From Chlamydiia bacterium (GTDB lineage: Bacteria; Chlamydiota; Chlamydiia; Chlamydiales; JBMOFD01), in NCBI GenBank assembly GCA_049314435.1, contig JBMOFD010000008.1, forward strand, positions 1 through 37,036: a stretch of 37,036 bases of DNA, given 5' to 3'. Positions 1-8,032 of the stretch are shown here, one piece after another (within the stretch, counting starts at the first letter, position 1; every line of letters begins with the position of its first letter). The notes under the pieces are model-generated. The model had not been told where the DNA came from and did not search any database. It saw nothing but the letters and a program-made list of their open reading frames with translations. The position numbers were made by a program, and so were the translations under genes.

Positions 1-205
1 CCAGAGTCGCCCTCTCAAGAGAATGCAGAGCCAAGGTGCTTGGACTCTAAAAGTAGTGCGTCAGCTCTGCGGTAGCCAAGCTGGATCTTGCCATGGAGGA
101 GGGGTATGAATTCATCATTCGCTTACAAATCATTTATTTTACGGCCACATCGACCAGATATAATGGGAGGCATAGTGCATGGATCGTTCTGCTTGGGAGG
201 GAGTC

Positions 206-424
206 ATGGCACATAGTGTGGAAGCGGAATTACGGCGACAAGTCGCTGGACTTGAGTCGCGTAATGATTGGCTGGAGGCGCAGCTGTCCTATGTGGACAT
301 GCTTCTCCTGCGCTTTGGTTTTCCCGAGGGGACGAAGAGTCTTGTCGATGCTCTGCACGATATGCGGAGCTATAACCCGATCGCTGAGCTTACGCGAGAA
401 TCAGACGACGAGGGACTGGTCTAA
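206..424 (+). CDS. Small conserved hypothetical protein (chlamydial type, coiled-coil N-terminus)
   Basis: ORF with GGGAGGGAG RBS before ATG 206 (alternative ATG 179). The LESRNDWLEAQLSYVDMLLLRFGFPEG segment resembles, from memory, small proteins of environmental chlamydiae. TATAAT at 159-164. Confidence 0.7.
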   Translation: MAHSVEAELRRQVAGLESRNDWLEAQLSYVDMLLLRFGFPEGTKSLVDALHDMRSYNPIAELTRESDDEGLV

Positions 425-499
425 CTCGGTCCCTATCCCGTTTCCCTAGCGTCACAGAAGCGCCCATAGGGTAATCCAGATCATGCCCCCTAACAGTAC

Positions 500-529
500 T
501 TGCACCTTAACAGGTGCTGGAGATAGCAT
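500..529 (+). promoter_or_regulatory. Putative sigma-66/70 promoter of tRNA-Pro
   Basis: TTGCAC (500-505), 18-nt spacer, TAGCAT (524-529), ending 11 nt before the tRNA. Confidence 0.45.
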
Positions 530-540
530 TGCTCAGCGTA

Positions 541-615
541 CGGAGTATAGCGCAGCTTGGCTAGCGCAACTGCTTTGGGAGCAGTGGGTCGGGGGTTCAA
601 ATCCCTCTACTCCGA
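541..615 (+). tRNA. tRNA-Pro(TGG)
   Basis: Acceptor stem CGGAGTA/TACTCCG, D arm GCGC..GCGC, anticodon stem ACTGC/GCAGT with loop TT-TGG-GA, T loop GTTCAAAT. CCA is not encoded. Confidence 0.98.
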
Positions 616-617
616 GT

Positions 618-665
618 AGGTCGAACTGGGGTGTACTAGCGCACTTTAGTTCGGCCTTTTTGTTT
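618..665 (+). terminator. Intrinsic terminator after tRNA-Pro
   Basis: About 16-bp hairpin GGTCGAACTGGGGTGT/GCACTTTAGTTCGGCC (with G-U pairs) followed by TTTTTGTTT. Confidence 0.8.
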
Positions 666-708
666 ATCCTAGCGCCAATCCATTCTTAATCTGACGTTCG
701 TTACTCTT

Positions 709-717
709 TGTTATAAT
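709..717 (+). promoter_or_regulatory. Extended -10 element (TG-n-TATAAT)
   Basis: TGTTATAAT in an AT-rich patch 24 nt upstream of ATG 741. Confidence 0.5.
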
Positions 718-740
718 AATTAGTATACAAAGGGGTGAAT

Positions 741-2111
741 ATGTCCTCTATTCGACTTACTCATGGAGAATTCGCGGGAGCCGTCCTCAAGATGGATCTG
801 TTGGCCACGGAGAAGGAAAGCGTAGGGCTCATCGATGGTCTGAACTATAGCCTAAAGGTCGCTGTCGAAACGGGTGGGGGGTGCGCTAATCAAGCAATTG
901 CTTGCGGGGCACAGTTTGGCAAGGAACTGTTTGGTGCAGTGCCCCGAGCTCTAAAAGCGGCCACAGGTCATACCCAAACAGGGCCAGATCTTGCGAGCAT
1001 TATGTTCAAGGACACGGCCATTCGTGGGGCGAAGCCCGGAGATGTGCGCTTTGTGCATGCTATGGAGAAGACGGCTACGATCGCGGACGCGGTGAACCTG
1101 GGTGTGGCTGGAGTGCGGTTAGGGCTAAAATTTGGAGGATTTGCCTCTCACGCTCTTATGATTGCGATGACGGTGATTCCTGGGCTGACCATCATCTCTG
1201 CTGTGGCTTGCAGTATCGTGGATTACGTACAGCTCCATCGTCTGGGAAATTGGTATGGGGGGAGTGCAGCCCATGATGAAGAAATCCGCAAACATCTCGA
1301 GGCTTGTCGTCCTATGGAGAGCCCCCTCACTCCGGGAGAGGCGAAGGTCCGTTGGGCTAAGGTTCTCCAATCGACCGATAGCGCTGAGACCTATCTAAAG
1401 GGACTGGTGGATGTGCGCACGGAAGAGGGCAGAAAGTCGTTGCAGAGGGTGCGGGGCGCAACGAGCTCTAAGGAGGCTGCCCTGTTGGCCATGATGGTGC
1501 AGGACTTGAGTGTTCTTAGGACCCGAGAGAGTCTCTGCAAGGCAGAAATTCGTCGTCTTTCCGGGATGCCTACTGCTATGCCCGGCTTAATGGACAGGTT
1601 GACCAGTTTGGCTAACACCAGGATGCAGCTACAACAGCAGAGGGTGCTGGCTACGATGAGTGCTCTCAGGGTGCTGCAGAACGCATGCCAGCGGGCGCGC
1701 TGGCGATGTACGTTGGACTTGATTTTCCAACTGCTGATCATTCCAGCCAGCTTTCTATGTATGACTGGGGCTACGCTACAGATCGGAGCCATTGCGACGA
1801 TCGCGCTGCTCGTCTACTTTGGGATCTGCCTCCTCTTGAGATACGCTGAGGAAAAGAAGATCCGTCCCTATGAGGCCCTGATGTCGAGTCGCAATGGACT
1901 ACAAGCAGTGGCCCGTTCTGTGCAAGAGGATCGACCGGTGGCAGGCGGCAAGAAGGTTGCTGAAGCCAGTGAGTCGGTCCAGTCTAGGCGCCCTAGGAAT
2001 TTGGACAGAAAACGGCCTGCGCCCCTCAGGGTGGATTTAGCTGAGGCGGCCACGCCGAAGAGGGCACGCTCAAGGAGTCGCACGCCTCTGTCTACTCGAA
2101 GGCTCGTGTAG
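741..2111 (+). CDS. Hypothetical membrane protein, Inc-like (two long bilobed hydrophobic segments, basic C-tail)
   Basis: About 456-aa ORF with AAGGGGTG RBS. Hydrophobic blocks ..GFASHALMIAMTVIPGLTIISAVACSIV.. and ..LIFQLLIIPASFLCMTGATLQIGAIATIALLVYFGICLLL.. flank a helical/coiled-coil region. No signal peptide. Confidence 0.7.
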   Translation: MSSIRLTHGEFAGAVLKMDLLATEKESVGLIDGLNYSLKVAVETGGGCANQAIACGAQFGKELFGAVPRALKAATGHTQTGPDLASIMFKDTAIRGAKPGDVRFVHAMEKTATIADAVNLGVAGVRLGLKFGGFASHALMIAMTVIPGLTIISAVACSIVDYVQLHRLGNWYGGSAAHDEEIRKHLEACRPMESPLTPGEAKVRWAKVLQSTDSAETYLKGLVDVRTEEGRKSLQRVRGATSSKEAALLAMMVQDLSVLRTRESLCKAEIRRLSGMPTAMPGLMDRLTSLANTRMQLQQQRVLATMSALRVLQNACQRARWRCTLDLIFQLLIIPASFLCMTGATLQIGAIATIALLVYFGICLLLRYAEEKKIRPYEALMSSRNGLQAVARSVQEDRPVAGGKKVAEASESVQSRRPRNLDRKRPAPLRVDLAEAATPKRARSRSRTPLSTRRLV

Positions 2112-2238
2112 CTGCATCAGCCTCCTGAGTCAACTCCATTGCCGCGGGGAGCCGCCTCACAAGGTCTCTTTGAGAACATCTCTTGGCAGAATAATAGTCC
2201 CACAGTAGACTCCAAGCTCTTCATTGAGGAGCAGATCC

Positions 2239-2739
2239 ATGCTGAAGGTACCCGCGCGTACCTCTCGTTGCCAGTGTTGCCAAAAGGCCTTTGAAGGTCG
2301 GCAGCAGGTCGTTTCCTTTCTTGTATTTGGCGAGGACGAAGTGCTGCGTTGCGACGTGTGTGATGGGTGTGTTCCTGAAGCGCAGACGCAGATGCAGCGT
2401 CGAGCTGGATCGCGTCCCCTTGCGCAATGGCGTGGGTGCATGGTGGGCGAAGAAGCTCCTCCGCAGGTTCCTGGGGCTCTTCTGGAGCCCCTTCGTTCAT
2501 CTGGTGCCAGCCCTGGATTGCGCTGGTTGTTGGGGCTCTATCTAGAGCGTCAGCGGTTATTAGTGATGCAGCGGGAGCAGGTAGGAACTGGTGGAGGGCG
2601 CTGGTTAGAGCTGCCCGAGACCGGAGAGTGTTTTCATATCATGAGTGCGCAGCCAACGCGGCAGGATCTGCTCGCGCTGCAGCAGCTCATGGTGGTGCTC
2701 TCGACAGAGATGCAGTTGACAAAGGCTGGGGTGGTGTAG
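2239..2739 (+). CDS. Conserved hypothetical protein with N-terminal Cys (putative Zn-binding) motifs
   Basis: GAGGAG RBS before ATG 2239. CQCC..CDVCDGC and LGLYLERQRLL motifs resemble, from memory, PVC-superphylum hypotheticals. Confidence 0.7.
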   Translation: MLKVPARTSRCQCCQKAFEGRQQVVSFLVFGEDEVLRCDVCDGCVPEAQTQMQRRAGSRPLAQWRGCMVGEEAPPQVPGALLEPLRSSGASPGLRWLLGLYLERQRLLVMQREQVGTGGGRWLELPETGECFHIMSAQPTRQDLLALQQLMVVLSTEMQLTKAGVV

Positions 2740-2892
2740 CAGCCATCGGACAGCCTCCCGACAGGGGAAGCAATAAGTAGGCAGGCCTGGTGGGGAGCAC
2801 GAGATGCGACCTTCCGGGGGAGTACAAACACTGAACAAGGGAGCGCAGTTTCCTTTTCTCGCTGGGAGTGGGGAGATTTTGCGTGTTTTCTT

Positions 2893-3789
2893 ATGAATCA
2901 TCCGCTGTTGAAAGACTTTCTGCATCATTTGCAAGCGGAGCGGGGGCTGAGTGCTCATACGATTTCCGCTTATCGCAGTGACCTGCAGCATTTTTTGACC
3001 TTCTTGCAAGGTCAGAGTCCTACCGAGATCGCGCAGGATGAGTGCATTGAGTTCCTGGGACTTCTCCAGGACCAGGGCTATGCTCAGTCAAGCATTGGTC
3101 GGGTGTTGGCCGCCTTGAAGACCTTCTATCGCTTTCTAAAAAGGGAAGGCCAAGTCACCGAGAGTCCAACGGCTTACCTTGAGAGTCCAAAGCAGTGGCA
3201 GACCGTGCCATTAGTCTTAAGCGAGGCGCAGGTGCGGACTCTTTTGGAGCAGCCTGAGGCGAATACGTTCCGGGGAGCCTTGGATCGTGCTCTTCTGGAA
3301 GTCCTCTACGGAAGTGGCCTTCGGGTTTCTGAAGTGTGTAAGCTGGCTCTCCACGCCGTAGGGGATCGCAGTCTGACGGTCATGGGCAAGGGTGGGCGTG
3401 AGCGTCGTGTGCCGATTGGGCAGGCCGCGCTTCAGGCCATTGATCATTATCTCTCTCACTACCGGCAGAATGGTGACGCTACAGATGTGGAGCCACTGCT
3501 CTTCCATACGGAGCATGGCAAGCCGATTTCAAGACTCTATGTGTGGCAACGAGTGAAGGACCTAGGCCGTCAAGCGGGGCTACCAGCCACGCTCTCGCCC
3601 CATACCCTCCGTCACAGTTTTGCGACGCATCTACTTGAGAATGGGGCTGATGTACGAGTGATACAGGAGATGCTGGGGCATGCGGACATCAACACAACCA
3701 ACCGCTATGCCCACGCGAGCACCCAACATCTCCAACAGGAGTTCAGCGCGCATCATCCTCGTCAAGACGGGGTATTTCCCGCCGGTTGA
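2893..3789 (+). CDS. xerD: Site-specific tyrosine recombinase XerD
   Basis: N-terminal FLHHLQAERGLSAHTISAYRSDL. Catalytic R (GLRVSE), K (GKGG), HTLRH, LGH and Y (TNRYAH). 298 aa. Confidence 0.92.
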   Translation: MNHPLLKDFLHHLQAERGLSAHTISAYRSDLQHFLTFLQGQSPTEIAQDECIEFLGLLQDQGYAQSSIGRVLAALKTFYRFLKREGQVTESPTAYLESPKQWQTVPLVLSEAQVRTLLEQPEANTFRGALDRALLEVLYGSGLRVSEVCKLALHAVGDRSLTVMGKGGRERRVPIGQAALQAIDHYLSHYRQNGDATDVEPLLFHTEHGKPISRLYVWQRVKDLGRQAGLPATLSPHTLRHSFATHLLENGADVRVIQEMLGHADINTTNRYAHASTQHLQQEFSAHHPRQDGVFPAG

Positions 3790-3822
3790 CATGCGCCGGG
3801 AGTGGCTTCTTCTTTATTTTTT

Positions 3823-3985
3823 TGAGTGGTAGTGGGACCAACTCAGGCCTTGCCTGAGTACGGCACTTCTGGTGCAGGTCCCATGTCATGCCAGCTCGCG
3901 TCGACCATTGAGTTCTCGAGATCTGCATGGGGTCCTCCCAAAAGCTGCCAGCAACTAAGTCACCGCCTCATATGAGGTGGTTTTA
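3823..3985 (+). ncRNA. Candidate structured non-coding RNA (family unassigned)
   Basis: Dense complementarity: 3832-3839/3877-3884, hairpin 3841-3859, hairpin 3863-3875, alternative helices 3873-3880/3920-3927 and 3827-3833/3944-3950. Ends in a terminator. No convincing ORF. Confidence 0.4.
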
Positions 3986-3986
3986 T
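3962..3986 (+). terminator. Intrinsic terminator
   Basis: ACCGCCTCA-TA-TGAGGTGGT hairpin followed by TTTAT. Confidence 0.65.
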
Positions 3987-4156
3987 AAGCTCTAAAAAAT
4001 TCAGCGAAACAGTGCAAGGGAACCCCGAGTCCTTCGTCTAATGACCTGCTGACAAGCAAGTTGCGGCACTAGCAAAAAACGCACCGTCCTTTGAAAAAGG
4101 CAAATGGGTGGCAAATCCGAGCAGCCTGTCGCTCGATGTGCAATGGAAGGTGATAA

Positions 4157-4191
4157 GGCCCAGTGGAATGCGTATAGGCATTCTCTGGGCC
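4157..4191 (-). terminator. Hairpin just downstream of gatB (probable terminator)
   Basis: GGCCCAG-T-GGAATGC..GCATTCT-CTGGGCC inverted repeat 6 nt past the gatB stop. The U tract is weak. Confidence 0.45.
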
Positions 4192-4197
4192 GCAGCT

Positions 4198-5673
4198 CTA
4201 TTTGTTGGGAGCGTCGAGGGCTTGGCGCAGGAGCTGATTCACGGCCGCAGGAGGTGCTTTACCCTGAGTAGCGGCCATCACTTGCCCCACCAAGAAGCCA
4301 AAGGCGCGCTGCTTACCGGCGTGGTAATCGATCACGCTTTGGCCATGCTGAGCTAGGACCTGATCGACGATCTGTGGCAGAGACCCTGCATCTTGCATCG
4401 GCTGGAACGATGGACTATCGGCCACGATCTTGCCTGGGGCTGTCCCAGGCTGTTTGACCATCTCATCGGCAACGGCCTTGGCGATCTTGCCAGTGATGGT
4501 GCCGTCAGCGATGAGCTGGGTAAGTTCAGCGATATGGCCAGGCTGTACTCCGCTCTCGATCAGCGGCACATCGCGATCCTTGAAACGACCCAGGAACTCA
4601 ACCAAAACCCAGTTGGCATAGCTACGTGGTTGTGGAGAGGCACTCAGGCCGCGCTCGAAATAGTCGCAGAGTGATTTCTCATGGACCACGAACCAAGCCA
4701 GATCAAAGGGGATCCCTAGTTCCAGATAGCGAGCTACCCGCATATGAGGGAGCTCTGGGAGGCTTTTTCTCAGCTCCTCGATCTCTGCTTCATTCAGCAC
4801 AAGAGGAGGAAGATCGGGTTCTGGGCAGTAGCGATAGTCTTCCGCGGCTTCCTTCCGACGCATCAGAAGGACCTGACGGGACTCCAGATCAAACCGGTAG
4901 GTTCCAGGCTGGATGAGCTGTTCTGGAGGTGCCTGTGGATTCTTCTCATACAGATGGACCTGCCGCACAATCTCCGACTCAACAGCGAGCTGTAGGTTGC
5001 CAAACGAGTTCATGTTCTTGATCTCGATGCGCGGCCGCAGGCCTTTCTCTCCACGTTTGCGTACCGAGATGTTGCAGTCGACACGTAGGTGCCCCTGCTC
5101 CATGTTGGCATCGCTCACCTGGGTATATTGAAGAAGAGCCTTTAGGGAGCTGAGGTAAGCGACAGCATCTTCGGCGCTGTGGAGACAGGGCTCTGAGACG
5201 ATCTCGATCAGGGGGACCCCAGCGCGGTTGTAGTCGACACCAGCAAACTGCGTGAAGTGCTTGAGCATCCCAGCATCATCTTCGAGATGAGCACGCGTAA
5301 TAGCGTATTGGCGGCGCTCTCCCTTCACCCAGGCGGTGATCGAGCCTCCCTTAAGAAGAGGGGCGTAGTACTGCGTGATCTGGAAGTTACGGGGGCTGTC
5401 AGGGTAGAAGTAGGATTTGCGGTCAAACGTACTCGTGAGCTGGATGTTTGAGCCTAGAGCTAACCCTAGTTGAATTCCCTTGCGGACGGCGGCGCGATTA
5501 AGAAGAGGAAGCGCCCCAGGCTGCCCCGTGCACACAATGGAGAGGTGCGTATTCGGCTCATCGCCAAAGCGGTTCTGAGCGCGACTGAACAATTTTGTGC
5601 GGGTGTTGAGCTGGGCGTGCACTTCAAGCCCAATCACTGGTTCCCATTCCAGAAGGATCTTTTCTAGAGACAT
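4198..5673 (-). CDS. gatB: Asp-tRNA(Asn)/Glu-tRNA(Gln) amidotransferase subunit B
   Basis: VIGLEVHAQL, FDRKSYFYPD, DYNRAGVPLIEIVSEP, EIKNMNSF, DYRYCPEPDL, GFLVGQVM. Confidence 0.99.
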   Translation of the reverse strand: MSLEKILLEWEPVIGLEVHAQLNTRTKLFSRAQNRFGDEPNTHLSIVCTGQPGALPLLNRAAVRKGIQLGLALGSNIQLTSTFDRKSYFYPDSPRNFQITQYYAPLLKGGSITAWVKGERRQYAITRAHLEDDAGMLKHFTQFAGVDYNRAGVPLIEIVSEPCLHSAEDAVAYLSSLKALLQYTQVSDANMEQGHLRVDCNISVRKRGEKGLRPRIEIKNMNSFGNLQLAVESEIVRQVHLYEKNPQAPPEQLIQPGTYRFDLESRQVLLMRRKEAAEDYRYCPEPDLPPLVLNEAEIEELRKSLPELPHMRVARYLELGIPFDLAWFVVHEKSLCDYFERGLSASPQPRSYANWVLVEFLGRFKDRDVPLIESGVQPGHIAELTQLIADGTITGKIAKAVADEMVKQPGTAPGKIVADSPSFQPMQDAGSLPQIVDQVLAQHGQSVIDYHAGKQRAFGFLVGQVMAATQGKAPPAAVNQLLRQALDAPNK

Positions 5674-5680
5674 GATCAGT

Positions 5681-7135
5681 TCAGGCTCCCACAGGTGTAT
5701 AGGGACAGGTCAACTTAGGGAAGAACGGCTCCAGGCCGCTGGCGATCTGTAGCAGCTCGGCATCTTGCTTCTGGCCCGTCATCAACTGAACGCCAACGGG
5801 CAAGCCGTTCACCAGTCCACAGGGGAGGGAGACGGCTGGCATGCCTACCAAGCTCGCTAGAATCGTGTAGAGATCCTGCAGATACATTTGAAGCGGTTCC
5901 TGAATGGCGCCACGCTCAAAGGCCGGTGTGGTGGTCGTTGGCATGAGGATCGCATCGCAGACTTTAAGAGCTTCTTCCGTCTCTCTCTTCATCAAAGCAC
6001 GTACGCGCTGAGCACGTCGGTAATAGGCATCCTGATATCCGGCAGACAGGACGAACGTGCCGAGGAGAATGCGCCTCTTTACCTCAGCGCCAAAGCCCTG
6101 CTCGCGGCTTAGGTCAAAGAGCTGATCCAGCGTCTGGGCCTGAGGGCTTCTGCGGCCATAGCGTACACCATCAAAGCGGCTCAAGTTCGTCGAGGCTTCA
6201 GCGGTAGCTACGATGTAGTAGACCGCCACCGAATACCGAATCAGAGGGAGGGAGACCTCGACGATCTGAGCTCCTGCTGCTTTAGCTGCTGCCTCCGCAT
6301 CGCTGAACGCCTTCGCCATGTTGGCATCAAGACCATCCAAAAGATGCCGAGGGACGCCCAATTTCACTCCCTTGAGGTCGGAGCGAAGAGAGGGTGTGAC
6401 CATAGGCTGTTGGATCGAGGTGGCATCATGGTGGTCTGGACGGGCCAGCACTTCCATGAGAAGAGCCATGTCTCGCACCGAAGTCGTAAAGGGAGAGATC
6501 TGATCTAGGGAGCTACCAAAAGCGACAAGACCGTATCTGGAGATGCGCCCGTAAGTGGGCTTGAGGCCAACCAAACCACAGAAGGCTGCTGGCTGTCTGA
6601 CCGACCCACCCGTTTCACTGCCGAGGGAGGCCAGCGCCATCCCACTGGCTACAGCTGCAGCAGATCCACCACTGGAGCCGCCGGGAACGCACTTCAAGTT
6701 CCATGGATTATGTGTGGAACGCAGCGCGGAGTTTTCAGTCGAACTTCCCATGGCGAATTCGTCCATGTTGGTCTTTCCGAGCAGAATCGCACCTTCGCTC
6801 TCTAGAGCTTCAATCACATGGGCTGAGAAGGGGGCCACATACCCATCCAGGATACGCGATGCGCAGGTGGTGGGCTCTCCAAGGATCTGGATGTTGTCCT
6901 TGATCGCCAAGGGAACACCAGCCAAACGACCAAGGGGCTTCCCAGCCTGACGCTGCTCATCGACTAGGCGTGCTTTGGCTAGGGCGCGTTCCTCCATGGT
7001 ATGGAGATAGGCACCCACCTGAGCGTTCCTCTGGCGGATCCTTTCGACATATTGACGTGTGATCGCCTCGGCCGACAGGGCGCCTGTGGCTATAGCTTCG
7101 CGCAACTCATAGCAGGAGTGAGGAAGTTGGGTCAT
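5681..7135 (-). CDS. gatA: Amidotransferase subunit A
   Basis: Amidase signature KDNI, GKTNMDEFAMGSSTE, GGSSGGSAAAV, GSETGGSVRQPA. ATG 7135 overlaps the gatC stop (ATGA). Confidence 0.99.
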   Translation of the reverse strand: MTQLPHSCYELREAIATGALSAEAITRQYVERIRQRNAQVGAYLHTMEERALAKARLVDEQRQAGKPLGRLAGVPLAIKDNIQILGEPTTCASRILDGYVAPFSAHVIEALESEGAILLGKTNMDEFAMGSSTENSALRSTHNPWNLKCVPGGSSGGSAAAVASGMALASLGSETGGSVRQPAAFCGLVGLKPTYGRISRYGLVAFGSSLDQISPFTTSVRDMALLMEVLARPDHHDATSIQQPMVTPSLRSDLKGVKLGVPRHLLDGLDANMAKAFSDAEAAAKAAGAQIVEVSLPLIRYSVAVYYIVATAEASTNLSRFDGVRYGRRSPQAQTLDQLFDLSREQGFGAEVKRRILLGTFVLSAGYQDAYYRRAQRVRALMKRETEEALKVCDAILMPTTTTPAFERGAIQEPLQMYLQDLYTILASLVGMPAVSLPCGLVNGLPVGVQLMTGQKQDAELLQIASGLEPFFPKLTCPYTPVGA

Positions 7136-7446
7136 GATTCGTACCCCGACATGACAGGTGGAACACGGATCATGCCGGCACACTGACCGCCTGCTGGAGC
7201 ATTCTCTAGGAACCGAGCTCGTGGCAAGGCATCGTGTTCATCGACGACATCCTCAGCCATAGGGCAGCACAGTCCATCTAGGACCTGAAGAAGAGGCTCT
7301 ACTTGGGAGATATCGACTTCGTTGAGTTGATCCACATAAACGAGAATGCGGTTCAGATCTTCAAGCAGTCGCTGCTCCTCGCCTTCGACGAGTCCTACAC
7401 GACAGAGCTTGGCAAGTAGTTGGAGATTTTCTGGTGAAACAGACAC
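7132..7446 (-). CDS. gatC: Amidotransferase subunit C
   Basis: LAKLCRV..ILVYVDQLNEVD..VEPL..LENAP..RVPPV. First gene of gatCAB, GTG start. Confidence 0.96.
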   Translation of the reverse strand: MSVSPENLQLLAKLCRVGLVEGEEQRLLEDLNRILVYVDQLNEVDISQVEPLLQVLDGLCCPMAEDVVDEHDALPRARFLENAPAGGQCAGMIRVPPVMSGYES

Positions 7447-7468
7447 GAATGCCTCGCATGATGGCGGT

Positions 7469-7497
7469 AGTATAGGGAAAAGGCGTCAATGGAACAA
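7469..7497 (-). promoter_or_regulatory. Putative sigma-66 promoter of gatCAB
   Basis: Minus strand TTGTTC-N17-TATACT. Confidence 0.55.
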
Positions 7498-7650
7498 TGG
7501 GCATGCTCCCGCTCTTCAGGAGGAGCAGAGATCGTGTCTATCCCCCCTTTTAGGTCGGAGGAAGACAACGTATCAGAATAAGTATCAGTCAGTTAACGAT
7601 ATAGGCGCTCTTTTGACGAGGGATCAAGTGTGCTTCGGGGGTATAAAAAT

Positions 7651-7679
7651 TTGATGTGAAATCCTGCACGCGCTAGGGT
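7651..7679 (+). promoter_or_regulatory. Putative sigma-66 promoter of the DUF378 gene
   Basis: TTGATG-N17-TAGGGT, followed by GAGGT RBS. Confidence 0.35.
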
Positions 7680-7715
7680 GAGGTTCAAACCACTAAATAA
7701 GAGGTAGGTCCCACT

Positions 7716-7958
7716 ATGGCAGTTGTAAAATGGATCGTGTGTATCCTCGTGATCGTTGGAGCCCTGAACTGGGGTCTCATCGGCTTTTTCGAGTTCAACC
7801 TAGTTGATACTATTTTCGGCGTAGGATCGATGGTCAGTCGTGTGATTTACGCACTGGTCGGCTTGGCTGGTCTGGCTGAAATCGGCGCACTGTACAGCGG
7901 ATGCTGTGGCGGATGCTGCGGCGGCGGCGGATGTGGCAAGGGCGGCTGCGGGAGATAA
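7716..7958 (+). CDS. DUF378 (YuzA-like) small membrane protein with Cys/Gly-rich tail
   Basis: LVIVGALNWGLIGFFEFNLV..SRVIYALVGLAG signature. Adjacent to gatC, as in Chlamydia. Confidence 0.93.
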   Translation: MAVVKWIVCILVIVGALNWGLIGFFEFNLVDTIFGVGSMVSRVIYALVGLAGLAEIGALYSGCCGGCCGGGGCGKGGCGR

Positions 7959-7993
7959 TTTCCCGGAGCTTTTAGTCAGTAGACTTGAAATCG

Positions 7994-8032
7994 AGCTGCT
8001 TGGAAAGGCTTCCTTTCCAAGCAGCTTTTTTT
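7994..8032 (+). terminator. Intrinsic terminator between convergent genes
   Basis: Perfect 15-bp inverted repeat AGCTGCTTGGAAAGG-CTT-CCTTTCCAAGCAGCT plus a T run. Confidence 0.9.

Noticed and set aside
1..75. Open + frame ending in TAG at 73-75 (possible 3' end of an upstream gene)
   Set aside because: Only 24 codons with no recognisable motif.
2745..2815. SRP-RNA-like hairpin before xerD (CCC-GACA-GGG..AAGCA)
   Set aside because: The loop is not GNRA and the CAGG/AGCAG internal-loop consensus is not met.
541..3789. tRNA plus tyrosine recombinase as an integrative island
   Set aside because: The recombinase has the size and motifs of housekeeping XerD, is separated from the tRNA by two genes, and I saw no duplicate of the tRNA 3' end.
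3823..3955. Resemblance to 5S rRNA, TPP or cobalamin riboswitch, or hammerhead/HDV ribozyme
   Set aside because: Only short words match (GGTCCCA, ATGCCAGC, CTGCCA). The diagnostic cores and their order are missing.
7571..7598. Possible dif site (..AGAATAA-N6-..GTTAAC)
   Set aside because: The XerD arm deviates too far from TTATGTTAAAT, and the region is better explained as divergent promoters.
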